From: an uncultured delta proteobacterium
Lineage (GTDB): Bacteria > Desulfobacterota > WTBG01 > CAIYCZ01 > CAIRTM01
Assembly: GCA_963804955.1 (NCBI GenBank)
Contig: CAWDSQ010000011.1
Span: 1 to 64,000 of the forward strand
DNA: 64,000 bases
Direction of reading: 5' to 3'
Part shown: positions 33,531 through 43,482 of the stretch, piece by piece
How positions within the stretch are numbered: the first letter of the stretch is position 1
Layout: every line of letters starts with the position of its first letter
Notes under the pieces: generated by a model
What the model was told of the DNA's origin: nothing
Database searches by the model: none
Seen by the model: only the letters and a program-made list of their open reading frames with translations
Position numbers and translations under genes: made by a program

Positions 33531-34327
33531 GCCACCATATTATCGAAGTTTCGGACCTGCGTTACAGCTACCCCGACGGCACGCATGCTTTGCAGGGCAT
33601 TTCATTCAGGGCCGTGCATGGCGAATCGGTGGCCGTTGTGGGGGCTAACGGGGCCGGCAAGTCGACCCTGCTTTTGCACCTGAACGGCTATCTTATGCCG
33701 TTACAGGGCAAAATCCGCATCGGCGATCTGCCTCTTACCAAAAGCACGCTGCAGGAAATCAGGCGCACGGTCGGGATGATTTTCCAGGACCCCGATGACC
33801 AGCTCTTTATGCCCACGGTGTACGATGATGTGGCCTTTGGCCCTCTCAACCTGGGCCTGCCGCTTGACGAGGTCGATATGCGGGTGGCAAAAGCGCTCGA
33901 TCTGGTCGGGGTCCCGCATCTGAAGGACAAGCCGCCCTACCGGCTCTCAGGGGGCGAGAAGCGGCGCGTGGCCATAGCAACGGTCATGTCCATGTCGCCC
34001 GATATTCTGGTGCTCGACGAGCCCACGACAGGGCTTGATCCGCTGGCCCGGCGGCAGCTCATCGGGCTGCTGGGGAATTTTCGCCATACAAAAATTATTG
34101 CAAGCCATGATCTTGACATGGTCGCAGACCTGTGCGAGCGCACTATCGTGCTGCATGAGGGGGCCGTCCGTGCCGACGGCCCCACGGCCGATATTTTCAG
34201 GGACGATGCCCTGCTTGCGGCCTGCCGTCTTGAAAAGCCGCTGTCCATGCAGAAGTGCCCTGTGTGCTCTCCCAGAATAAATAAAGCGTCGTGCCCACAC
34301 ACGACCATCATTGAAGGATTGCCATGA
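33527..34327 (+). CDS. cbiO: ECF transporter ATPase CbiO
   Basis: GANGAGKST, FQDPDDQLF, LSGGEKRR, LDEPT. Confidence 0.93.
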   Translation: MSHHIIEVSDLRYSYPDGTHALQGISFRAVHGESVAVVGANGAGKSTLLLHLNGYLMPLQGKIRIGDLPLTKSTLQEIRRTVGMIFQDPDDQLFMPTVYDDVAFGPLNLGLPLDEVDMRVAKALDLVGVPHLKDKPPYRLSGGEKRRVAIATVMSMSPDILVLDEPTTGLDPLARRQLIGLLGNFRHTKIIASHDLDMVADLCERTIVLHEGAVRADGPTADIFRDDALLAACRLEKPLSMQKCPVCSPRINKASCPHTTIIEGLP

Positions 34328-35575
34328 CGGCATTACGCGGCATTATCGTACTCATGGGCTCGGGAGAGCTCACCTCCACCATGGTAGAGGTGCACAAGGA
34401 GCTGCTGGCGCGCCTCGGGCCTGCGGCAAGGGCGGTCTTTCTGGACACGCCTGCAGGTTTTCAGCTCAATGCCGACCAGCTGTCGCAGAGGGCTGTCGAG
34501 TATTTTAAGACGCATGTGCACCGGGGGCTTGAAATTGCCTCCCTGAAATCCTATGAGACAGGAAGAACCTATGGCGCTGAAAAAGCATTTCAGACGCTGC
34601 GGGCTGCTGACTTTGTTCTCATCGGGCCCGGCAGCCCCACCTATGCCGTGCGGCAGTGGCGCGCAAGCCCGGTACCCGATATTCTGCACAAGCGCATCCG
34701 GGACGGCGCCTGCCTTATCGCGGCAAGCGCAGCGGCCCTTACCGTTGGGGGCTTTACCCTGCCGGTCTATGAAATTTACAAAGTAGGAGAAGACCTGCAC
34801 TGGGTTGAAGGCCTGAACCTGCTCGGGCAGTTCGGCATACAAAGCTGCGGTCATTCCGCACTGGAACAATGCCGAGGGAGGCACGCATGACACGCGATTC
34901 TGCTATATGGGCGAGCCACGGTTCAGGCAGCTTGAAGCGATGCTGCCCCCGGAAGCGCTGGTCATAGGGCTTGACGAGCACACGGCCTGCATCATGGACC
35001 TTGAGCGGGATGAGGCTCTTGTCAGGGGCATAGGCAGGGTCATTGTCCGCACGAGAACCATGGAGGCGGCATTTGCAAAGGGCGAGCGCTTTCCCCTTGC
35101 GCTGCTGCGGGGCGAAACAGCGGCGCATGATCAGCAGTTTGCGCCCCTGCAGGCTGAACCCGTGCAGGAGACGGCGGCACCTCCGCAGGACTCTTTCTGG
35201 CAGCAGGTTCATGGGCTTGAGGACGCTTTCCGGCAGGGGCTTAGCGGAAACTCCTGGGAGGAAACAACAGGCGCGCTGCTGTCTCTTGACGATGCCATCT
35301 GGAAAGCCCACGAGCAGGGCGAAAGCGAGGAATTTATTTCCCAGGCGCGGGAAGCGCTGCGGGACATGCTGGCAGATCTCGGGAAACGGCTGGGCGCAGA
35401 GTCTGCGCATACTGCCCCTGCTGTAGCGCCCCTGGTTGACGGGCTCATTGCGCTGCGCGCCCGGCTGCGCGATGAAAAGAAATGGCAGGAGGCTGACGCG
35501 CTCAGGCTGTGCCTTGAACGCGCGGATATCATGATCGAAGATGCCAAGACGGCCCCCTGGCATGTGCGGCAATAA
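34324..35575 (+). CDS. Peptidase S51/cyanophycinase-like domain fused to a CysRS C-terminal-like domain (frameshift near 34845)
   Basis: LMGSGE, GPGSPTYA, AASAAAL, IPHWNNAEGGTHDTR; C-terminal LIALRARLRDEKKWQEADALRLCL..ADIMIED. Confidence 0.75.
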
Positions 35576-35724
35576 CAGGCTGTTGAAAAACGCTCATCTG
35601 CTGCGTTGCGCTCATAATGCTTCACTGCGGCGTACGAAAAAGTACGCCTCATTACGCATGATTTCGCCTGCATAGCAGGTGTAGAGACAACGCGCCTTGC
35701 ATCTGAGCATTTTTGAACAGCCTG
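35576..35724. mobile_element. MITE family B, copy 3
   Basis: CAGGCTGTTGAAAAACG...TTTTTGAACAGCCTG, directly after a TAA stop. Confidence 0.8.
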
Positions 35725-35775
35725 TATGCATGATTTTTTCAACAACCGGCTAAAGCCGCAGGAGAGGAGATCGGC

Positions 35776-37424
35776 ATGTACGAGCATCCACAGCTTGCTG
35801 TTTTATGCGTAAGCGCTGCGGGAGACAGCAGCCTTGCCGGTTTTGCGGCATATCTCAAAGCGCTGCGGCATGTGCGGCTTGAGACGGCCGAGCAGCTGCC
35901 GCAGGACCTGGCCCCGTACGGAGCCATCATCACCGCCGGTTTTGCTTCATACGCCGCTCATGAAAAAAACCTGACCGATTTCGTGCGCGCAGGAGGCGGG
36001 TGGCTTGCTTTTGCTGTCAATGCAGAGGTGAAGCTTCCGCAGATTTTTGGCGCCACATGCGGGCCTGCCGGGCCTGAGGCCGAGGTCCGGGTTATGTTTA
36101 CCCACAAAAACAATCCTCTGGCTGTGCGGCTGCCCGATGCCGTGTATGTGACCGGCACGTTCAGGCCCCTTGAGCTGTCGGCTGCTGACACGGAGACGGT
36201 TTTATATGCCGACTGGCACTACACACACCAGGCGGTTCTTGTCACCCGAAGGGAAGGCGCTGGCCGCGTTGCCTGCACAACCCTTGCCCCGTTGCGGTAA
36301 TGAGGCGCTGCATCAAATACTTTACCGGGTGCTGCGCCGGCTCGGAGCATGCGCGGACCGGCCTTCGCCTCTTAATGTCGGCATACTTGGTTATGCGCCA
36401 TCGGTCGGCAAGCTCCACGGCTGCGGAGCGGCGGCCACCCCGGGCCTGCACCTGCACGGGGCATGCGATCTGAGCCCTGAACGGCTCGATCAGGCCTGCA
36501 AAGACTTTCCCGGCATTTGCATATATGCAACAAGTGCCGACCTTGCAGCCGACCCCGCCATTGACCTTGTGATTATTGCAACTGCCCCCAACACTCACGC
36601 GAAGCTGAGCATAGAGATGATGACAGGCCGGCAAGCATGTCATCTGCGAAAAGCCTTTAGCCCTCAGCCGGACCGAGACCGATGCCATGCTTGCAGCCGC
36701 TGAAGCAAACAGGGTGCACCTGAGCTGCCACCAGAACAGGCGGTGGGACCAGGATTACCTCGCCATCAGGCAGGCCCTTGCGGCAGGTCTCATCGGCGAC
36801 CTGTTTTATATGGAAACTTTTGTGGGCGGGTTCAGCCATCCCTGCGGCTACTGGCACTCCCATGCCCCGGTTGCGGGCGGCACCAGCTATGACTGGGGCG
36901 GCCATTACCTTGACTGGATCGTGGGCCTCATGCCCGGCCGTATTCAGTCTGTGCGGGCAACCAGCCACAAGCGCGTGTGGCATGATGTGACCAATAATGA
37001 TCAGGAGCGCCTGCAGCTGCGCTTTGCAGACGGCTGCGAGGCCGAGTTCATGCATTCCGATATCGCTGCCGTGCGCAAGCCCAAGTGGTATCTGCTGGGA
37101 ACTGAAGGGGCGATCATCGGCTCGTGGCGGGATGTGGCGGCCTATGAAATCGATCCGGTTCTCTACTATCACCGCCGCGATATACCCCCGACAGAGATGA
37201 CCCCTGAACTGAGCCTGCATCGCCGGGAGCCCTCGGGCCGGATCGTGGCGCGGGCCCTTGATATCGCCCCGCGGCAGGATTTCGGTTTTCACCGCAATAT
37301 CGCCGATCACCTGCTTACGGGCGAGGCCCTTGCAGCGCCCGTTGAAGACTCGGCACACGTCGTTGCCGTGCTTGAAGCTGCGGCGCGCTCCATGGCCCGC
37401 GAGCGGGGCAGAGGAGGTGCTTGA
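35776..37424 (+). CDS. ThuA/GATase-like N-terminal domain + Gfo/Idh/MocA oxidoreductase (two indels)
   Basis: FVRAGGGWL; VGILGY, ATAPNTH, GKHVICEKP (shifted), HQNRRWD, DWGGHYLD. Confidence 0.8.
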
Positions 37425-38452
37425 TGCCTGACCGGGTCAGATGGGGAATTCTCGGCAATGCACACATTGGCCGCACCTGCGTTATCCCGGCCATGCAGAA
37501 GTCGCGAAACTGCGCAGTGCTGCAGCCTGGGAACCAGGAATCCCGCTGCTGCATAGGCTCGTTGCAGGCAGCACGATATCGCGAGCGTCGTTGACGGCTA
37601 TGAAGCCGTGCTTGCCGACCCGGCACTTGATGCGGTCTATATACCTCTGCCCAATCATCTGCACTGCGAGTGGACACTCAAGGCTCTTGCCGCCGGCAAG
37701 CATGTGCTGTGCGAAAAGCCCCTTGCCTGTAATGCCGGGGAGGCCCGGCGCATGGCCGATGCCGCTGAAAAGGCGGGCCTGCTGCTCATGGAGGCTTTCA
37801 TGTACCGGTTTCACCCGCGCACGCAGCGTATCAAACAGCTGGTGAGCGACGGCGCCATCGGCGAGCCGCGGCTGGTGCGCGCCTCGTTTTGCTTCTCCAT
37901 GGATCCGGTCACCCTTGCCGATCCCGGCAACCCCCGGCTCAGGCCGGATACGGGCGGAGGCGCACTGCTTGATGTGGGCTGTTACGGCGTGAGCGTCGGC
38001 GCGGTACTTTTTCGGGTGCGAGCCCGAGGCTGCGCAGGCCCAGGCAATCTATAATGATGCCGGTGCGGATATGCTCTTTGCGGGCACGCTTCAGTTTCCC
38101 GGGCGGCAGGCTGGCAACGGTGGAGGCGGGTTTTACGGCAGCCCTGCAGCAGACCTATGCTATCACGGGCAGCCGTGGCTCTATCGAGCTGCCCCATGAC
38201 GCGTTTATCCCCCGGGAACATGATGCAGCATATACGCTGCGGGGCGAGCATGATGAGAACGGCAGACTTTACAGTGTTGCCGGCGCTGATGAATACCGGC
38301 TCATGGTAGAGCATTTCAGCGACGCGGTGCTGGGGCGCGAGCCCCTTGCTTTTTTGCCCCGGGAAAGCGTCTGCAATATGCAGGCCCTTGACGGGCTGGC
38401 GCGCGCCGCCCGGGATGGTACGGCCATATGCCTGCAGGAATTTCAAGCATGA
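37424..38452 (+). CDS. Gfo/Idh/MocA oxidoreductase (indels)
   Basis: RWGILG, YIPLPNHLH, GKHVLCEKP, EAFMYRFHP, GGALLDVGCY. Confidence 0.88.
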
Positions 38453-39441
38453 ATCAGCCAGGCAGCATCTGCACCGTGACGCGGGTAGCACCGGAGGGCT
38501 TCAAACGCTGCTGGGAGCAGAGCGGCGCCACTCTGGACTGGGCTTGCCCGTTTATGCTGCCGCCGTGGATAACATCATGGCTGCAGCATTTCGGAGCGGG
38601 AAGGGAGCCGCATATTTATCAGGTCAGCGCCGGGGATATGCTGCTCGGCATTGCGCCTCTGCTTGTGGGCGGCGGCACGGCAAGTTTTATCGGCAGCCCG
38701 GACGTGTGCGATTACCTTGATTTCATTGTAGCGCCGGGCATGCACGGGCGGTTTTTTGCAGGCCTCGCCGCACATCTCAGGAAGCAGGGAATCGTCTCGC
38801 TTGATCTGGGCCCGCTGCGGCCTGACTCGGCGGCTTTTGCCTGCTGCAACGGCGCAGCAGCGCAGTTTGCATGCAGCCTGACCAGCGCTGATGAGGATGT
38901 ATCCTATGAGCTTGCGCTTCCGGCGGATTGGGATGCCTATCTGAGCGGGCTTGCCGTGCAGCAGCGCCATGAGGTGCGGCGCAAGCTGCGGCGGCTTGAG
39001 GAGGCGGGGCCGTTTGACTATCGCATCGGGGATTCCCCTGAGGCGATTGATGCTGCCATGGACATGTTTCTGCATCTGTTCACAATAAGCAGGCCGGACA
39101 AAAGGGCTTTTATGACCGCAGCCATGGAAGCATTCTTTCGGAGCCTTGCACGGTCCATGGCAGACTGCGGTCTTTTACGGCTCGGATTTTTAGACATCAA
39201 TGATGGGCCGGCAGCAGCCGTCATGTGCTTTGAGTACAGCGGTACGGTGTATCTGTACAACAGCGGTTTCGACCCGCGGTTCAAGCGCCTCAACGCGGGG
39301 CTTCTGTGCAAGGTTCTCAGCATCCGCGACAGCATCCAGCGCTGCAAAAAGGTGTATGACTTCCTTAAAGGAGACGAACCGTACAAACAGCGCCTCGGCG
39401 GCGGCGTCGTACGGCTTCAGCGGTGCAGGGTGCTGTTATGA
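38449..39441 (+). CDS. GNAT of the CelD/BcsL (Acetyltransf_6, FemAB-like) type
   Basis: W...W..HF, DYLDF, WDAYLSGL...RHEVRRKLRRL, LYNSGFDP, YDFLKGDEPYK. Confidence 0.85.
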   Translation: MNQPGSICTVTRVAPEGFKRCWEQSGATLDWACPFMLPPWITSWLQHFGAGREPHIYQVSAGDMLLGIAPLLVGGGTASFIGSPDVCDYLDFIVAPGMHGRFFAGLAAHLRKQGIVSLDLGPLRPDSAAFACCNGAAAQFACSLTSADEDVSYELALPADWDAYLSGLAVQQRHEVRRKLRRLEEAGPFDYRIGDSPEAIDAAMDMFLHLFTISRPDKRAFMTAAMEAFFRSLARSMADCGLLRLGFLDINDGPAAAVMCFEYSGTVYLYNSGFDPRFKRLNAGLLCKVLSIRDSIQRCKKVYDFLKGDEPYKQRLGGGVVRLQRCRVLL

Positions 39442-39541
39442 ATTCAAAATTGAAGATTCAGAATTCAAAATTTAAGTATTAAATGTAGAGATTGCAGCCT
39501 CGCTCTGTTTTTTTTAATTTTGAATCCGGATGAAGTTAATA

Positions 39542-39625
39542 CGTCGTGCACCCCGGTGAATACCGGGGTCCAGAAAAATCTGATTAATCGCAAAAGACTG
39601 GATACCGGCTTTCGCCGGTATGACG
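39542..39625. repeat. REP-like doublet (GTC..CCCCGG...TCCAG / CTGGATACCGGCTTTCGCCGGTATGAC)
   Basis: Two hairpins in an intergenic region. Confidence 0.6.
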
Positions 39626-39671
39626 GAAAACAAGGAGTCTGCTTTGAAAGACACACAAGCTCAGCATCGCC

Positions 39672-40883
39672 ATGATCAGCATTCATGCGAGCCCCCTGGG
39701 GGCTCTGGGGACACGGGATAACGGCGGCATGAGTGTTTGTGTTCGCGAGCTTGCGCGAGAGCTGGGACGCCGGGGGCACAGGGTTGATATATTCACCAGG
39801 GCTTCCCGGCCATCTGACAAAGACTGTATTGTGCTTGCCGACAATGTGCGGCTTGTGTATTTGAAGGTTCCGAAAGCCTACCGTGCGGCCAAAGATGCGC
39901 TGTTCCCGCATCTGCCTGATTATTTCAAGAGGCTTGAGGCCTTCCGCTTGCGCGAGCGCATTGCATATGACCTGGTGCACAGCAATTACTGGCTCTCGGG
40001 ATGCATCGGCAGCAGGGCCCAGGCATGCTGGAGCGTGCCTCACCTGACGACATTTCATACCCTGGGGCTTTTAAAGAACAGAATCGGCAACGGCCTGCAT
40101 GAGCCGGACCTGCGCATCGCCGCAGAAAAGCAGGTTGCGCAGGACTGCAGCCACATCGTCGTGGGTTCGCGGCGGGAGCGGCAAAACCTCAGCCGCCATT
40201 ATCATGTCGCCAAAAGCAAAATAGGCATAGCGCCCTGCGGTGTGGATTTGAAACTTTTCCGGCCCCTTGGCAGAGCGTATGCCCGGCGGAGGCTCGGGCT
40301 TGACACAGGTGAAAAAATCGTACTGTACGTGGGCCGGTTCGATCCCCTGAAAGGCATCAGCCGTGTTGTCGAGGCCATAGGCTTATTACGGCAGCATCCT
40401 GTGCGTTTTATCATCGCCGGCGGCGACGGACAGGCAAACCCTGAAGTGCGCAAGCTGCAGGCGCTGTCCGGCCGGCTTTCCCTTGACGGCGCTGTCCGGT
40501 TTGTCGGCAGGGTCGACCAGCAGGTGCTGCCCCTGTACTACAGCGCTGCCGATGTGCTTGCCGTGCCCTCGCTGTATGAGAGTTTCGGCATTGTGGCGCT
40601 TGAAGCGCTTGCCTGCGGCACGCCCGTTATCGCAACGCCCGTGGGCGCCATGGACAGCATTATCAGAAACGGCCGCAACGGCCTTATTGTCAAAGGCGAA
40701 ACGCCTGCTGCATTCGCCCGGGCCATTAAAGCCTTGACTGCGACAGGCGCGGCGCCGGTGCCCGCACGGGAGACTGTCAGGGAAACGGTTGCCGGGTACA
40801 GCTGGGCCTGTGCCGCAGACAGCATGCTTGAACAGTACCGGGCCGCAATTGCAGGATACAGCAAGGCGCGGCAGCATACCTGA
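39672..40883 (+). CDS. GT4 glycosyltransferase, MshA-like
   Basis: SIHASPLG..G.RDNGGMSV, VDIFTR, HSNYWLSG, TFHTLG, GRFDPLKG, ESFGIVALEALACGTPV. Confidence 0.88.
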   Translation: MISIHASPLGALGTRDNGGMSVCVRELARELGRRGHRVDIFTRASRPSDKDCIVLADNVRLVYLKVPKAYRAAKDALFPHLPDYFKRLEAFRLRERIAYDLVHSNYWLSGCIGSRAQACWSVPHLTTFHTLGLLKNRIGNGLHEPDLRIAAEKQVAQDCSHIVVGSRRERQNLSRHYHVAKSKIGIAPCGVDLKLFRPLGRAYARRRLGLDTGEKIVLYVGRFDPLKGISRVVEAIGLLRQHPVRFIIAGGDGQANPEVRKLQALSGRLSLDGAVRFVGRVDQQVLPLYYSAADVLAVPSLYESFGIVALEALACGTPVIATPVGAMDSIIRNGRNGLIVKGETPAAFARAIKALTATGAAPVPARETVRETVAGYSWACAADSMLEQYRAAIAGYSKARQHT

Positions 40884-40896
40884 ACGGAGGTTTTGT

Positions 40897-41593
40897 ATGG
40901 CAGCACACGCAGGCATACTCGTAATAGCTCCCCATCCCGATGATATAGAGTTCGGGGCCGCCGGCGCCATTGCCCGCCTCATACAGGAGGGCAAGCAGGC
41001 GGTCTACGCGCTGTGCACCAGCGGCGATAAGGGCACGAGCGACCGGAGCATCACCCCTGAGCAGCTTGCCGGCCATCCGCGAAAGCGAGCAGAAGGCCGC
41101 GGCGCAGGTGATCGGCGTGAGGGAGGTTGTCTTTTTGCGGTATCCCGACCAGGGGCTTGAAGACAGCCCCGCTTTCAGAAAAGATATCGTGCGGCTCATC
41201 AGGCGGTTCAGGCCGGAAACGGTCATGACCTGCGACCCCTATCACCGGTATGTCTATCACCGCGACCACCGCATTGCGGGGCAGGCTGTGCTTGATGCCG
41301 TATTCCCTTTTGCCCGCGATTACCATGCCTACCCTGATCTGATCCAGGAGGGCCTTGAGCCCCATAAGGTGAAGGAACTTTTTTTCTGGGGTTCGGAGAA
41401 TATCAATTACCGCTGCGATATAACTGATACATTTGTGCTGAAACTTGAGGCTCTGCGCTGCCACGCAAGCCAGATCAAGGAGTTTTGCATTCCTGATCTT
41501 GACGCATGGCTGCGCAGCCGCTGCAGCGAGATGGCCACAGGCGAACCCTTCGAGCTTGCAGAAGCATTTCACCGCGCTCTGCTGCCGCCATAA
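40897..41593 (+). CDS. PIG-L family deacetylase (MshB/BshB/Mca-like), frameshift near 41070
   Basis: PHPDDIEFG, TSGDKG, HRDHR, ALRCHASQ. Confidence 0.9.
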
Positions 41594-41661
41594 CGCCTGT
41601 ATGCGCAGCAAGGCTAAGCATAAAGCCCCACAAAAGAGGAGGTTAAAAAATTCCCCCTTTA

Positions 41662-41806
41662 GCAGACTGTGTCAGCAATTAACTTTGCTGTCATCTCGAC
41701 CGAAGGGAGAGATCTTTTGTAGTAAGTAAAATCAAGGGCTTAACGATTTCTCACCGCCTGCGGCGGATTCGAAATGACATTAATAAATCAATTGCAACAC
41801 AGGCTC
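41662..41806. mobile_element. MITE (GAGCCTGTGT-type TIR) carrying REP A, inserted into host palindrome C
   Basis: Flanked by TTA on both sides inside TTCCCCCT-TTA-GCAAAGGGGGA; empty site at 50914-50937. Confidence 0.75.
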
Positions 41807-41916
41807 TTAGCAAAGGGGGATTAAACAGGCTTATTTTTTCGTATAAAATTAATAGTGCCCCCTTGGTTGAGGGGAGCTGCGCTTAGTCTGAATAACGGGG
41901 GAAAGGAGGCTCTTTT

Positions 41917-43420
41917 ATGCAGCAGAGTTCCAATTACCATTTCTGCCATGACCTGCCCACAAATCCTCTGCCTGAATTGGGCAGAATACTTGTCACCGGC
42001 GCTACCGGCTATATAGGCGGCCGGCTTGTTCCGGAGCTGCTGGAGCGGGGATACCGGGTTCGGGCTATGGTGCGCGGCATTGCTCCCGAAGTAATTGAGC
42101 GCTGGCCGGGGGTTGAAGTCGCCGTTGCCGATGCGCTGGAGATTGACAGCCTTATGCGGGCACTTGAGGGCGTGCATACCGCCTATTATCTTATTCATTC
42201 TCTGCTGCTCGGCCAGAAAAAGTTTGAATCCGCTGATATTGAAGCAGCCATCAACTTCAGGGAGGCGGCGGAAAAGCAGGGGCTCAAAAGGATCATTTAT
42301 CTCGGGGGGCTTGGCGATGTTCAGTCTGAACTGTCGACTCATCTCAAGAGCAGGATTACGGTTGCGCAGGACGCTGATGCGCGGCACGGTGCCGACAACT
42401 TTTCTGAGGGCTGCCATCATCATCGGTTCCGGCAGCGCCTCGTATGAAATCATCAAGCACCTCGTGCAGAATTGCCCGGTCATTCTTGTGCCGTCATGGG
42501 CACGCACCAAATGCCAGCCGATCGCAATCCGCGATGTCATCAAATATCTCGTCGGCGTACTGGAGAAGCCTGAGGAAACAGCAGGCCGGTCATTTGATAT
42601 CGGGGGCAGCGATATACTGACCTATGAGATGATGCTGAAGACTTTATCCGAGATTCACCTGATAAAAAGACCTTTTATATCATTTCCTCTGAAAACGGTA
42701 AAGCTCTATGCTTACGCCGCCAGCCTCCTGACACCTGTTCCGGCAGCCATCACCATGTGCCTTATGGAGAGCTGCCATAATGATGTTATCTGCCAGAATG
42801 ATGACATACAGCGGATTATTCCTTTTCAGACCATGCCATACCGGGAGGCGCTGGTGCGGGCGATGTCGCGCGAAGAAACTGATAATGTATCCACCAGATG
42901 GTCTGATTCATATCCCCCTGCACACGAGCTTGCCATAAAGCTGAACGAAGTTGAAAGTTTTCCGCTGTACCGTTCAGCCTATTCAATGCTTACCGCAAAA
43001 AAAGCATCATCGCTTTTTGATTCCATAACCAGAATTGGCGGCAAAGAAGGATGGTTTCGCAGCAATCTTCTCTGGCGGATTCGCGGGTGGGGTGACCGGA
43101 TTTTAATGGGTGTGGGCGTATCCCGCGGGAGAAGAAGCTCCGCCACGCTGCGCATCAATGATGTCATAGACTTCTGGCGGGTTGAAGACCTCAGGGAGAA
43201 CGAGCGGCTGCTGCTGCGGGCTGAGATGAAGATGCCGGGCAGGGCCTGGCTTGAGTTTACCATTACGCCCGACACGAAATCTCCGGCACATGTTCTATCG
43301 GTTAATGCGTATTTTCAGGCCCGGAGTTTCTGGGGGAAAATATACTGGTATCTGTTCCTGCCGTTTCACGTATTTATTTTCAACGATCTTATACAGCAGA
43401 TTGAAAAAAGGAGCCTGTAG
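41917..43420 (+). CDS. SDR/NAD(P)-binding + DUF2867 protein (YbjT-like), frameshift near 42370
   Basis: ILVTGATGYIGGRLV, YYLIHS, IIGSGSASYE, QPIAIRDV, DFWRV, AEMKMPGRAWLEF. Confidence 0.9.
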
Positions 43421-43482
43421 AGCTGCGAGGGAGCTTCCTCGAGGAATAAAAAATTCGGGCTTTTCTTGCATCCAGCGTTCAA

